DNA from: Sphaerodactylus townsendi
Lineage: Eukaryota
Length of the DNA: 64,000 nt
Direction of reading: 5' to 3'
Assembly: GCF_021028975.2 (NCBI RefSeq)
Contig: NC_059428.1
Span: forward strand, 148,242,001-148,306,000
Position numbers and translations under genes: made by a program. The notes under the pieces are model-generated. The model saw nothing but the letters and a program-made list of their open reading frames with translations, had not been told where the DNA came from and did no database searches. Shown piece after piece: positions 1 through 34,100 of this stretch. The first letter of the stretch is position 1, and each line of letters starts with the position of its first letter.

Positions 1-542
1 AATCATGCTCACCCTCTCTGTCTAGCCAGGAATAATGCGGAACAGGGGCATATAGCCAAATATATCTTGAATTATTAACTGAACCCCAACAGAGATGGAT
101 TATTACAGAAGAGGCCCAGATCCAATACCTTCCCATACGACCCATTACAAAGAGGTCATTACTTATCCATCCCTCTCCAGGATCGGGTTTATCCCACACA
201 CTGCTGTAAAAATCAGAAGTGGAGACTCTTGCTCACATTATTCTTGACTGTCTGAGATATGTGGGCATCAGGAATTTCTCTCCCAGGCTGGCCCTAGACA
301 AATCTGAACGTGACTCTGACTGTTCTGTTGTGGAGCTTCTGTTAAACAACACAGATGTCATGCTCTTGGAAAAAGTAGCAAAATTTATTTTACAAGGGAC
401 AGAACTTTCTAAGTAATGTATACTGCTATATACAGTCTTCCTGTCTGCGCTTTGAATGTACTCTTGATTTGTATCTCAAAAATGTCTGGCAACGCTCTAG
501 AACCTATCTTTAAATGCCAAATAAAGGTTGCTGTTGTTGTTG
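1..542 (+). mobile_element. 3' end of a non-LTR retrotransposon
   Basis: ETLAHIILDC zinc-knuckle-like remnant, then AATAAA and a (GTT)n tail at ~520-542. Confidence 0.55.
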
Positions 543-781
543 CAACTGGCCAAAGGTCACCCAGCAGGAATGTAGGAGTGCAGAAACATATCTGGTTCAC
601 CAGATAAGCCTCTGCCACACAGCTGGAGGAATCAAACCCAGTTCTCCAGATTAGAATCCACCTGCTCTTAACTGCTCTTGATCCTGGAGAGCCTCCGACT
701 CTACCCAACCCCCAACTGATCCCAAAGTTCCACTTGGCCTACGGTTGATCTCACGTTTAGATCTCCCGATGCCTTGCCCAC

Positions 782-21885
<21,104 letters not shown>

Positions 21886-22803
21886 CCCCGCTCCCTCCCC
21901 AGGCCGGCTGCCGCCCGCTTGTGCCAATCTGCTTGTGCAAGCCCGCTTGCACGTTGACACAGCCCGGACGGGTGCAAAAAAAAAGGAATGCGGGCGGGGC
22001 TCCTGGTTTTTTCCTCCCTGGCGCGCCGCAAGCAAGCCTGCATCCGCCGCAACCCCGCCTCCCGTTTTAACCTTTTCGTGCCCGCTCCCCTGTGTGGCTG
22101 CGGATCCGGAGTCGTTGATCCGGAGTCGTCGTCCACCACGGGCACCAACATGGGAGCTCAGAGCTGTGCATTGCTGGGGAGAGGTTGTTTCAGGCAGATG
22201 GGGGGGGGGTCGGTTGCCAGGTTGCCAACCTCCAGGCGGGAGATTCAATAAATTCCACGCTGCTCCCAAAACGGGTATTAATCCTGTACGTTTATCCCAG
22301 ATTGTCACTTCAATAACTCCGGCTCTTTCTCTGTTCTTCCAGATAATAACTGTTTGAACAGATGATGAACCAGCTAAGAAGTCGGCATTGATATTTCTCA
22401 ATCAACACAATGAACAAGATGGATGTCCTCTGATTTTTCTCATATGTGCGTGTGTGTGCAATGTATATTTATAAAGGTGTGTATATAAATGTATAAAGGT
22501 ATACACACACACACACACACACACACAGAGAGAGGTGTGTACATAAGGAGACCCAGGTCTGAATCCCCAGTCTGTTGTGGAAGCTTTCTGGGTGATGTTG
22601 TGCCTGTGACATGCTTTTCAGCCTAGCCTACCTCAGAGGGTTGTTGTGAGCTAGTTTCTCCCTATCTGGGGAGAAAGAAGGGGTGCAAAGAACTAAATAA
22701 AGTATAATGCCATAAAGTGTATCTTTCAAAGCACCCCTTAGTTTCTCCAGGAGGGTCTCCAGGCCACAGCTGCAGGTTGGCAACCCTTGCCGTGAGCTTC
22801 ACT

Positions 22804-22838
22804 GCACCCGCACCCGCACCCGCACCCGCACCCGCACC
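22804..22838. repeat. (GCACCC)~6 hexamer repeat
   Basis: Direct reading. Confidence 0.9.
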
Positions 22839-23049
22839 GGGGCGGAAGGCATGAAGAGCCGGGCGCTGGCCCTTTAAGGCGACTAGAGGAAGGCGCCTGA
22901 CGCGCATGCTCCAAGGGTTCGTCCGGAAGCGCCGGCGGATACTCCACGTTCTGATTTGGAACGACGGGAGGGCGGCCGCGCGCTCTGATTGGTCGGTCGG
23001 GCCAGGCTTGGCGTTCGACGCTGTCACAGCTGCTGCGGTCGCCCCGCCC

Positions 23050-23111
23050 CCCGCCCGTTGATCGCGGGGCCGCCCGGGAAGCTCTTCGGGCCGGATCCTA
23101 CGCTGGGAGCG
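23050..23111 (+). other. MIEF2: Probable non-coding first exon of MIEF2 (5' end approximate)
   Basis: CpG-rich segment ending in a strong donor GCG|GTGAGT at 23111/23112; next acceptor ttttgaag|G at 24654/24655 lies 7 nt before the ATG. Confidence 0.65.
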
Positions 23112-23176
23112 GTGAGTGCGGAAGCGGCGGCCGGGAAGGTCAGAAGCCAAGGGCGACGCGGGCTCACAGACAACGT

Positions 23177-23180
<4 letters not shown>

Positions 23181-23257
<77 letters not shown>

Positions 23258-23515
23258 AGACACACACACACGTGTACACAAACACGTATCTACATACATA
23301 TTTATACACACGTTTATGCACATACATATATACACGTGTCTGCACAGACACACACACATATACATGCACACACGTACATATACACACACTTATGCACACA
23401 CGCACATATAGACACACACATAGGCATACATGTATATACATGTTTATTCTCACACATATATGCACACATACATATACACATATATGCGCGCGCACGTATA
23501 AACACACACTCACAT
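23181..23515. repeat. (TG)35 microsatellite followed by CA/TA low-complexity
   Basis: Direct reading. Confidence 0.95.
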
Positions 23516-23814
23516 GCTTATTCATTTTGTTTCCTTAAGGGCTTTATGTTCTGATGGGGAGATGGGGGTGGAAGAGACCCGTCCCTCACCCCAAGTAATC
23601 AAAGGGGGTCTGGGGAGAAATTAATTGCAAAGTGCATCGTTCTGTGTTGGAAAAAAGTAGCGTCTTAAATTGCAGGGTCTTACTGAGAAGTAAGCCGTTG
23701 TGACACTCAGAGGTGTGCGTAGACCTGCAGGCTTACATGTATCGCTCTTTTGAATCACGGTCCTTGTGTGGCTAGTGGGGTTGGAAAACAGGGGCCACGG
23801 GCTTGGAGAATACT

Positions 23815-24330
23815 TGTTTTATTTGACTGGTTTGTTTAAAACATTTGTTTTCTACCTCAAAGTTGCTTGCGGTGTAAATGAACAGCAGTAATTTTATAAA
23901 CACACAGGAAAACCACAAATTAAAATATCCAATTAGGACTGCTGATGAGTAAATACTACATTGGTCAAATGCTGACCTTATTACAGCTGTCTTTAGCTGC
24001 CCCCCGAAGATCAAAGGGGGGGGCACATCTCTTCGGTGCAGTTATTCCAAAATTGCAGGGCCGCCACTGAAAAGACCCTGTCCCCTGTGCCCACCAGGCC
24101 GGCTTCTTTGATTGAATGGGCAGCCCGGAGTTCCTCTCCTTGTGATCTTCCTCTGGAATTCTCCTGATAGGCTGGATTAGGACCTTTCCTGTTGCCATAA
24201 CAACGGTGCTCCTCATGAGTCACAAATGCCAAAAGTGGTGGGCGAGAAACAGAGGATAGAGAAAGGCACATTTCCCCCCAGGGCCCTGATCCGTGGGAAA
24301 TGCTCTGGAAAGTCACGTGTGAGACCAGCC
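23815..24330 (-). mobile_element. L2-like LINE 3' fragment followed by a CR1 fragment (24365-24520, +)
   Basis: GDRVFSVAALQFWN remnant; NRDKCKILHLGR...HRYRMGDTWL..CERDLGVFVDHKL remnant. Confidence 0.65.
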
Positions 24331-24661
24331 GAGTATTGTTGGCTTTTCATATACAAACAAAAATGAGTTCCAACAGAGATAAATGTAAGATACTCCACTT
24401 AGGCAGGGAAAAAAATGAAATGCACAGATATAGGATGGGGGACACCTGGCTTGACTGTTGTGAAAGGGATCTGGGAGTCTTTGTAGACCACAAATTGACC
24501 ATTAGTCACAGAAGTGATCATCTGTGGGAGGCTTGACTACAGCGCATACTGTGCCTGCCCTTGACTACTTCCCCTTGGTGCTCCCCCATCCCCAGACTGA
24601 TTTCTGAACCACTTTCTTGGGGCCACCGGCTGATCCTTGCTTTTATTTTTGAAGGTCGGCC

Positions 24662-27587
24662 ATGGCAGCCTTCACCCACAAGGAGGGGAAGAGAAGCAAC
24701 GGAACCGGGCTGGCCGGCGTGGTGGATTTTCTTCTGGCCAACGCAAGGGTGGTTCTGGGCATCAGCGGAGCCGCTGTGTTGGGACTGGCAACGCTTGTCG
24801 TGAAGCGGGTGAGACTTTTTCAGCTTCTCCTGGGGGTTGGTTACATTTCAAAGGGGAGGTTTTCCATCGGGGTCGCCGTCTTTTCACTGAGGGTGGGCCT
24901 CTGAATTGTGAACTGTAGAATAATTCGGCCCAGTTGGTACCCTTTAGGATTCGTTGGCAGCCGTCTGGGATTACAGAAATTGGGTGGTGGGATTGTTTCT
25001 CGGGCATATCAAAGCATGATGTAGTGGTTGAGAAGAAGAATTTGGATTTATATCCCCCCTTTCTCTCCTGTAAGGAGACTCAAAGGTGTTTACAATCTCC
25101 TTTCCCTCCCCCCCCCCAACAACAACAAACACCCTGTGAGGTAGGTGGGGCTGAGAGAGCTGTGACTATCCCAAGATCACCCAACTGGCATGTGTTGGAG
25201 TGCACAAGCTAATCTGGTTCACCAGAGAAGCCTCCACAGCTCAAGTGGCAGAGTGGTGAATCAAACCTGGTTCCCCAGATTAGAGTGCACCTGCTCTTAA
25301 CCATCACACCACGCTGGCACTCATGTGCACTCTAATCTGGAGAACCAGGTTTGATTCCCCCACTCCTCCAACTGAGTGGCAGAGGTTTATCTGGTGAACC
25401 AGATGTGTTTCCGCACTCCTACATTCCTGCTGGGTGACCTTGGGCCAGTCACAGTTCTCTCTGAACTCTCTCAGCCTCACCTACCTCACAAGGTGTCTGT
25501 TGTGGGGAGAGGAAGGGAAAGGAGCTTGTAAGCCACCTTGAGTCTCCTTACAGGAGAGAAAGGTGGGATATAAATCCAAACTCCTCCTCTTCTTTTATGT
25601 AGGCAAAGGTGCTACAAACTAGTGGTCGCCCTAAAGTTTGTCTAGCCACAGCTGGCTGGTTAGGTTGGTTTCCTGGGGAGCTGTTCCCCATTTGGGAACT
25701 GGGTATTTATTTTCACCGCATGTGCTAGAAGCTGAAGGCGAATTGCCAAAAGAAGAAAGCAGAAAGCACGAGATTCTTGCGCTTGTTGTAAATCTCTCTG
25801 GATCGTAGCCCGGCCATCGGTTTGTATTCCGGGCTCAGCGAGGACGGGGACTCGTGCTCACTTAGGGGGTTTCTTCTTCCTGCAGCTCATCGACCGAGCC
25901 ACGAGCCCGCCGGACAGCGATTATGACGGGAAGGCCAAACAAAAGTCCCTCGAGGAGAGCTGGCAGGAACTCGGCTTGATCCAGACAGTGGCGAAACCTC
26001 CGCTCACGTTGAGGCAGGGCGAGCCTGAGGAGCTGCTGCTGTTACCGGCGGCGAGTGGGATTGAGCCAGGTGAGGCCGGGCAAGACTTACTGCTCCGAGG
26101 TGCAGGGGTTATGGCACCTGAGGAGGATCTGGAAGACCCAGGTTCCCTTTCCCAGTTCCCTGCTTGCGTGGTGCAGGGGTTAAGAGCCAGCGTAGTGTAG
26201 TGGTTAAGAGCAGGTGCACTCTGATCTGGAGAACCAGGTTTGATTCACCACTCTGCCACTTGAGCTGTGGAGGCTTAACACATGCCAGCTGGGTGACCTT
26301 GGGCTAGTCACAGTTCTTTGGAGCTTTCTCAGCCCCACCCACCTCACAGGGTGTTTGTTGTGGGTGGGGGAAGAGAAAGGAGTTTGTAAGCCCCTTTGAG
26401 TCCCCTTACAGGAGAGAAAGCGGGGATGTAAATCTGCCTCTTCTTTTTCTTGAGGTGGCCTCAATCTCTGCCCTTGTCGCCATTTCCAAGATTGAGGATT
26501 CCCTTTTTATTTCGCTTTGTCCTTCACAGAGCCAGTGGACGTTGACCCGCCCTCGGAGACGCTTCCGGTGGAATCGAAGACCTACTGGTGCCTCACGCTT
26601 CAAGAGAAGCTCCTTGCTTATTACCAGGATTGCGTGTCGGTCTCCAAGTCCCAAAAGATCTTGGGGAAACAGCTGTCGGAGAATATCCGTGCCGAACTGC
26701 AGAACGTCCTGAAAAATAAATTCTCCGAGCTGCCTTTTGGCAACATGTTCCTTAGTGGTTATCTCTGCGACGGACTCATCGGCAGAGGAAACGTGGAGGT
26801 GGACTTCATGCTTCCGTTGGTCCTCGAGCCCGACCTTTGGGCCCCAATCCCAGGGGAGCAGACGGTGGTGAACGACCCCCGCTTCTGGATGATCAAGCGG
26901 ACCAGTCTGGAGTATTTCCCGCGAGGGAGCAGCCCCTGGGATAGGTTCATTGTGGGTGGCTATCTCTCTTCCAACGCCATCGGCAACGCTCTTCGGAAGG
27001 TCTTGGAGACCTCCGTCAACTGGCCGGCCATTGGGAGCGTGCTGGGATGCCTGGTGAGACCCGTCATGGCGCTGAAGGAGCTCAGACTTGAAGTTCAGCA
27101 CGAGCAGATCTCTCTGGACGTAACTCTCTGCCCAATGACAGAAGCTGGGGATAGAATCCTTCTTGTCGCCTCCTGCGAAGAACCGGTGGAGAACCTCTGG
27201 CAGGAAAGCTTCTACGCCACGGGGGTCTCCCGACTGAAAGACCTGGACGCTGGAGATTCCGGCGTCCGACAATGTTGTCTTCATCTCTTGAAGGCTATCT
27301 CTGAGATCCATCCTTCCTGGCACAAGCTGACCGGCAGCCATTTTATTCATGTCCTCCTACACCTGAGCGAAACGGAATCCGATTGGTCAGAGGCAGCCTT
27401 GGCCGACCGGTTCCAACAGGCCCTAGAAGAACTGCTTCAACGTTTGGAGGAGGGTTCTCTCCCTTGCTATTTTGATGGCCGGATCAACCTCCTCCAGCAC
27501 CTGAGCTTAGAGGAAATTGACGAGGTCGGCTACATGTTGTACACGGCTTTAGCGGAACCTGATCTTTGGAACGGGCTGGGTTTATGA
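24662..27587 (+). CDS. MIEF2: Mitochondrial dynamics protein MiD49 (mitochondrial elongation factor 2), ~462 aa
   Basis: Coding exons 24662-24808, 25886-26069, 26530-27587 (1389 nt, in frame). N-terminal TM segment DFLLANARVVLGISGAAVLGLATLVVKR followed by the inactive nucleotidyltransferase/Mab-21 fold (PRGSSPWDRFIVGGYLSS). Position between FLII and TOP3A identifies MIEF2 rather than MIEF1. Confidence 0.95.
25030..25595. mobile_element. Two tRNA-derived Squam3-like SINEs head-to-head (25030-25318 -, 25325-25595 +)
   Basis: Family head GCCAGCGTGGTGTAGTGGTTAAGAGC, body GGGTGACCTTGGGCTAGTCAC, (CTT)n tail. Confidence 0.85.
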
Positions 27588-29951
27588 ACGGCTCAGAGGG
27601 AGGGGGGTCTGCACTTTGAATCATCTTTGGAGGCCGAATGGCTTGGAAAGATCTTCTTTCCGCCAGCGTGGTTCTTTGCACATAATGAAGAAAACAAAAT
27701 GGACTGTTGAAGAAATAAACGTTTGCTGCTGGAGGAAGAAGGCCGGAAGTAAGAGAGCCTTCTCAGTGAGCCGTTTCTTGAACTGTTGATTGATTCTGTC
27801 TGATTTTATTCGGGTTGGGTCAGTGCAGGAGCTAAGACAGCAGGTCCTTTTTCAACTGCAACCCAGAAATCCTACCTGGAGCTGATACTTAAGTTTGTTT
27901 TCCTGAATCCGTGTGGATTCAGACAATCCTTCCAATCCGGAAGGTCAGCCCATGCCTTGGGGTCACCCCAAAATCGGAGAGGATGAATTCTTGCCGAGTT
28001 AGGACCCTGAAGCTATCTCTGCACCAAAATAGTTAGCAATAGATTTTAAGAGCGTGTGGCAAGAAATCAGGCGCTCGGAGGGGCGTTGCCTGTCTGTCTT
28101 TGCTTGTAGCGGGCCGGCCTGTAGTCAGAGCAGAAGGAATGCTTGTAGGAATGCTATTGGGGCATTTATTTGTCGTCTGCCAATGATACTTCACCAGTGG
28201 TCAGAATAAGTGCCAAGGGGCTGGGTAGGGTATTGTTCTTGGTCAATTTTAGCAAGGTGAATGAAATGGGGCTGGTGGTCTCAGCCACACATGATTGTTC
28301 ACCAAGATCTGGAGTGGCATAAAGTTTCTGTCAAAGAGCTTTTAATCGTCAACAAAACTGAGAATTGCCTTATATGATTGTCCCTTCCTCTGCTTCTTTT
28401 TGCGTTAGACCCATTGGCACATAAACAGACTTCCAGCCCCCCTGATAAAACTATTTTGTATTGTTGTGACTGGACGTGATACAAGATTTCAGACAGCTTG
28501 GATGGAAGCTAAAGGCATCCCCAAGTCCCTTTCGCTTGATGTGTACACGTCAGGATTTTGTTTTGCAGCCGGCGATATGTACCATGCCGTTTGCATTGGC
28601 ATAAAATGAGAACTACAAGAGAAAAGACACACAATACTGTTGCGTCTCTTTCTCCCTCCCCGTTTCCTCAGAAGTCTTGTTTGAGCATCAAATGCCACAA
28701 GCTCTCTAGAGGAAGTCTAGATGCAAACACAGCGCACTTTGTGGCGAGTTGTCTCTGCTATCGTGTTCCTGTGAAACGCCGCCTGGAGTCACTCGTAATT
28801 TTTTTTTTGAAAAAAGTAGTCTGAAAAAAACGATAAAACCATGTCTGAGTATCAATTAGCTACACAAAATTTTCTCTTATGTGCAGTTTAGGGGGCAAAC
28901 TTAATGACAGATCGAACAGGAAGTGCTTGATAAAGCACTGCAAAAGAAAAGTGGTCATATGAATTGCATTTATGGGATAATGGGACGTCTTTCTTTCTCT
29001 CTCCCCACGTGCCAAATTTGTGTGCTACGATCTAGTTCTTTGAAAAGTAGGTTTTGTGCTTATTGGGGGGAAAAATAGAACCTTCAAGGAATTATGGTGT
29101 GTGTCTCTTTTCTTGTCCTTTGTAATTGGGGTCGGGGTGAAATATTAAAGGAAGAAAAAGTCTTCAATCTTCCAACTATTGTATAAATTGTTTCTGGCTG
29201 GTCAGTAGAGCATCGCTGTATATTATCTGTTTCAAGTGCTACAGGTTTTTTTTTAAATGCATTTTATTTGTAAGACCCTACTTGTGGGAAAAGTTAGGCT
29301 GCGTAATGGAATGTAAATTCATAGCAGATGGGAAGTAATTCACATCTAAATAGGGTGGTTTATGAATGGCTCAGTCTGTGGATACCTTTTTTTAAAGTCT
29401 GTGGATACCTTTTGAATCATGATGCACGGTAGCTGGTGAGGCTTACTTTCAGTCACCCAAAGGAAGAGCCTTTGCTCGTGAAAGCAGCTGCTGCCAAAAA
29501 CTTCTTAGAAGGCCATTGCTTTCACCTCCTACATGTGAGCTCCCAAAGGCACCTGGTGGGCCACTGCGAGTAGCAGAGAGCTGGACTAGATGGACTCTGG
29601 TCTGATTCAGCAGGCTCTTTCTTATGTTCTTAAGCCTGCACAGCCCGGCGGAAGCGTTGCTAGAGAAAAGTCCCGCCCTGTTTCTCAAAACGCTTGTAGA
29701 AAAATACTGACCTGCCTCTGTCACAAACGAGAACTTCCTTCCCAGGACGACGATATTACAAGCTTCCTGCCACTATTACAACATAGCTAGATTCCTACTA
29801 GTGAAAAACAACTCAAGGAGAAGGGTGGAGGAAGACTTGTGAGAAGAGAAAGAATGAAGTAAGAGGTAATACAGGGCTCGAAGTTCCAAAGGATAACTTT
29901 AAAAACAACCAGGCAGGCTTGCGCTAAAACGTCAGAAACCATGTCGTACTT

Positions 29952-30417
29952 TGTTAGGTCTTGAACCTTAAAACAATAAACAGACTCTTGTGTTGTAGAT
30001 CAGCAGTTTTTATTGATAGGCGTTGAGCCACCCAACTTGACAAAGCCAGATCTGGTGAACCTGGCTTTTGCTATCCCCTTTATTCCGTTAACAATCCCCC
30101 CCCCCCCCAAGTTTCCTAAGAAGTGCAAGATAGAGTTCGTTTGGAGCCAAAGCGCCCCAAGGTCAGTGATAGATAGGGAGAGCCACCTGACATCCTACTC
30201 CCACAGGACAATGGAAACCACCCTGGTTCCCATGAGACCAAAGTGTCAGGGGAAAGCCTAGTTATCTACTCAGAGTGTGAAGCCATAAAGGAAAGATCAA
30301 GGAAAGAATGCCCCAAGACGGCAGTGATAACATATAGCAGGGTGGTTACATATATCTTGTAGCAGTTACATTGAGCGAGGAATGCATCTCAATCACCTAG
30401 ATGCAGACCCATTGACA
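29952..30417 (-). mobile_element. Solo LTR (copy 2) between the MIEF2 and TOP3A 3' ends
   Basis: TG...CA ends with an exact 5-bp TSD TACTT; same family as 8196-8692. Confidence 0.85.
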
Positions 30418-31190
30418 TACTTGAAAGTTGCTTCAAATTCTTCCGCTCCTAAAATGTCGTGTTATACAGTGGCGGAAGCAGTTCACAGAGAGGCTATTGT
30501 TGCCCTGACAGAGGGCATGCTAAAGTATCACGCAGACTCAAAGCCTCTGTAAAAATTAGTTTAATAAAAAGGACAAACCGGTTTTTAACAGGTAGAATCT
30601 TCCCCTCGGGCCCGGAAGGAGAAGGGCATTTGCCCAAGAGCAACAGCATAGCACGGTTTGGGAGAAGATGACCTGTATTGCAAATAGTGCATATACTCCT
30701 TGGATAAAAACAGTTCAAACGGGTTGGTCTGACCTGGAGGAAAAAGAGTCTGTGTCCAGCCAGAAGTGATTTAATTGCCTGTGTTGAATAAAAGGGGACT
30801 GCTGAATTCTATAGCCAACATTTTTCAAGAGTTTTTAAAACCTGAATTTTTCCAAGGCAACGTTATCCTTAGAGCTTCCCTGGCCACTCCAGAGAGGAGC
30901 CTTGAAGGGCCTACAGAAAAACGAGGCAAAACAGGTCAGAACTATAATGGGTGGCATTTAGTGTTGGACTTTTAGAGTCTCTTTCTCGGAGGTATATACA
31001 CAACATCCAAGTGTCCGCCTCCCCTTATATTTTCAAGTGTGCATTGCAAGAATTTCACGTTATCTTCCCTTGTGGGGGTGGGCTGCAAATATCCCAGCCA
31101 CATGCCAGCTTCTCGTGCTGCACGGTTCCTCCTCCTTGCCGCTTTGGTGGCCGGTCCATCTTGGCATCGTGTCGTGGGGGCTGATGGCAT

Positions 31191-34100
31191 TCAGCGATTC
31201 TGTGGACACGTCTTCCTCGTGTGGCCGGCTTGGTGGCAAATCCCACAGGTCCGCGGCCGCTTGGCTATGGAGGGCCTTATGGAAGAGTCGCTGCTTGGCC
31301 TTTTGGGGTTGGCGCCGGTGCTCATGGAATGGCTTGAAGGAAAAGCAGCGGCTGAAGGGTAGGAAGGGAGAAACTGAATGAATGTGCATGGTCACGCCCA
31401 AGTAAATCCCCTACCTTTCTACTATATGGCTCTATTAGTGTGTAACAGACTTCCCTCTATGATACACCTCTGAAGATGCCAGCCACAGATGCAGGCGAAA
31501 CATTAGGAACAAGATCTACCAGACCACAGCCACGCAGCCCGGGAAACCCCCAACAACCAGTTGTATGTGTGTTGCTTTTCAAATTAAAAAGGTGGAACCT
31601 AACAGATACGCTGGATGACGAAGAGGAAGAGTTTGGATTTATACCCCACCCTCTCTGACAATCATTATGACAATCATTAAGTGCTGTACCTTATGATTCT
31701 TGACAAATGTATTTTCTTTTATGTACACTGAGAGCATATGCACCGGAGACAAATTCCTTGTGTGTCCAATCACACTTGGCCAATAAAGATTCTATTCTAT
31801 TCTATTCTATTCTCTCCTGTAAGGAGACTCAAGGTGGCTTACAAGCTCCTTTCCCTTCCTCTCCCCACAACAGACACCTGGTGAGACAGGTGGGGCTGAG
31901 AGAGTCCCGAAGAACTGTGACTAGCCCAAGGTCACCCAGCAGGAATCTGGGTGTGCGGAAATGCATCTGGTTCACCAGATAAGCCTCTGCCACTCAGGTG
32001 GAGGAGTGGGGAATCAAACCCAGTTCTCCAGATTAGAATCCACCTGCTCTTACCCACCACGCCACGCTGGATTCTACTGCACTGCCCAATGCAGAACTGC
32101 AGCTTGGCATGGGGCCGGAATGCCCTGCCGTTCCGGGCCAGGTGCTTCAGTCCCTCACCTGGTGCCTCGTTTTCGTCAGCCCACTGGAAAAACCCGCACT
32201 GTTGCTCACGGGGCTTGGCGCAGGTGTGGAACTGGCGGCCTTTGTTGGCTCCCTCTTTCTGCACCGTCCGGAGGACAGAAGGCTGCGCACACTTGCAGGT
32301 TGCTCCGTCATCGCCACCTCCAGAGTAAGCGCCCTCACTCCAGGAACGCCCCCTGCCGCTTTCCACCGTGCCCCCAGGCGCTCGGTTGCTCCCGCCGTCC
32401 GCCTCTGGGTCAGACCACAAGAAGAAGCCGCAGTCGCCTGCGCTGCATTTGTAGAAGCGTCTCCCTTGGTTGGGTCCATCTTTCCGGACGGTCAGCAGCA
32501 CAGCCGGTTTCCCACAGTTGCACACGATGGTGTTGTCGGCGTCCGGCTGGCGGGTCTGATTTTGAGCCACTCTAGCTGGGAGAGCTGGAGGGCCTGTCGG
32601 CACATTCGCAGGCAGCTGGACATGGTGGTCCTGGCGGGCGGGCGGGCGGTTGAGGGAGTATCCGGTTTGCAAAGGATCAGCCGGTTGGTCGGCTGGCGGC
32701 TGAGGTCTGGCCGGGCCTTGGAGGTATCTCAGATCCAGGATCTCCCTCAGCATCTCGTCGCAGCCTCCGATACAGCCGACAAACTCCAGGGGAGTCAGGG
32801 CGGGGAGGCTGCCTTTCTTGAACTTCAGTTTCAACCTGAGGAGGAAATCACAGAATCATAGAGCTGGAAGGGACACCCGGGGTCATCCAATCCAACCCCC
32901 TGCCATGCAGGAACACACAATCAAAGCACTCCTGACGGATGGCCATCCAGCCTCTCTTTAAAAACCTCCAAAGAAGGAGACTCCACCAGTCCCTGAGGAC
33001 GTGCATTCCACCGTCAAACAGCTCTTACTGTCAGGAAGTTTTTCCTGAAGTTTAGGTGGGATCTCTTTTCCTTCACCTTGAACTCATGACTCCTGGTCCT
33101 ACTCTCTGGAGCAGCAGAAAACAAGCTTGCTCCCTCACCAACATGACATCCCTTCAAGTATCTAAACATGGCTATCATGTCACCTCTTCTCTTCTCCAGA
33201 CTAAACATCCCCAGCTCCCTAAGTCTCTTCTTGTAAGGCATGGATTCCAGACCTTTGACCATTTTGGTTGCCCTCCTCTGGACCCATCCCGGCTTGTCAG
33301 TATCCTTCTTGAACTGCGGTGCCCAGAACACACAATATTCCAAGTGAGGTCTAACCACTATGCAAGCACTCACCTGTGTACGGGATGTGGCCTGCACACG
33401 TTGCAGACAGAATCGTCCTTGCTCACTTCCAACACGGAGTCGGGAAACCACACGGCAGATTTACAGGTAGGGTAACCCGTGCAGCTGAGGTAAAATCTGG
33501 AGCCAGCAAATTAAAATAAAAAATGTATGTATTAGAAAGAATGGGCAAGGACCATGCTAATTACACCACCCTTTCCTCTCCTTTCAGTTTCTAACTAACG
33601 GGTACAACTGGTTCTGGTGGGTTTTCTGGGCTGGGTGGCCGTGGTCTGGTGGATTTTGTTCCTAACGTTTCGCCTGCATCTGTGGCTGGCATCTTCAGAG
33701 GTGTATCACAGAGAAAAGTCTGTTTCACACTGTGTCTGACCACGGCCACGCAGCCCGGAAAGCCCACCAGAACCAGTTGAATCCGGTCGTGAAAGCCTTC
33801 GACAATACATAACGGGTACATATTGATAGTTTCAGCAAGGAGCTGTGTAGGTCTGCCGCAGAACAGCTAGATTTGAAGAAGAGCTTGGATTTACACCCCC
33901 CTTCTCTCAACCGTAAGAAGTCTCAAGCCAGCGTGGCGTAGTGGTTAAGAGCAGGTGGATTCTAATTTGGAGAACTGGGTTTGATTCCCCACTTTTCCAC
34001 CTGAGTGGCAGAGGCTTATCTGGTGAACCAGGTGTGTTTCCGCACTCCTACATTCCTGCTGGGCTAGTCACAGTTCTCTCGGAACTCTCTCAGCCCCACC

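Noticed and set aside
22356-22439. C/D-box snoRNA-like arrangement (ATGATGA ... CTGA)
   Set aside because: Weak terminal stem, intergenic position, and no rRNA-antisense guide I could identify; would need a snoscan/Rfam hit.
22662-23554. Cys/Val/His/Thr-rich ORFs
   Set aside because: Translations of TG/CA microsatellites.
23050-24661. Search for an LYR-motif alternative ORF like the one in the MIEF1 leader
   Set aside because: No LYR-type ORF seen; the predicted MIEF2 leader is short and AUG-free, and the intron is microsatellite and LINE debris.
26406-27350. Long antisense ORFs (314 aa here; also 32109-32861, 10111-10770, 21734-22357)
   Set aside because: Shadows of GC-rich coding exons or CpG islands; no recognisable domains.
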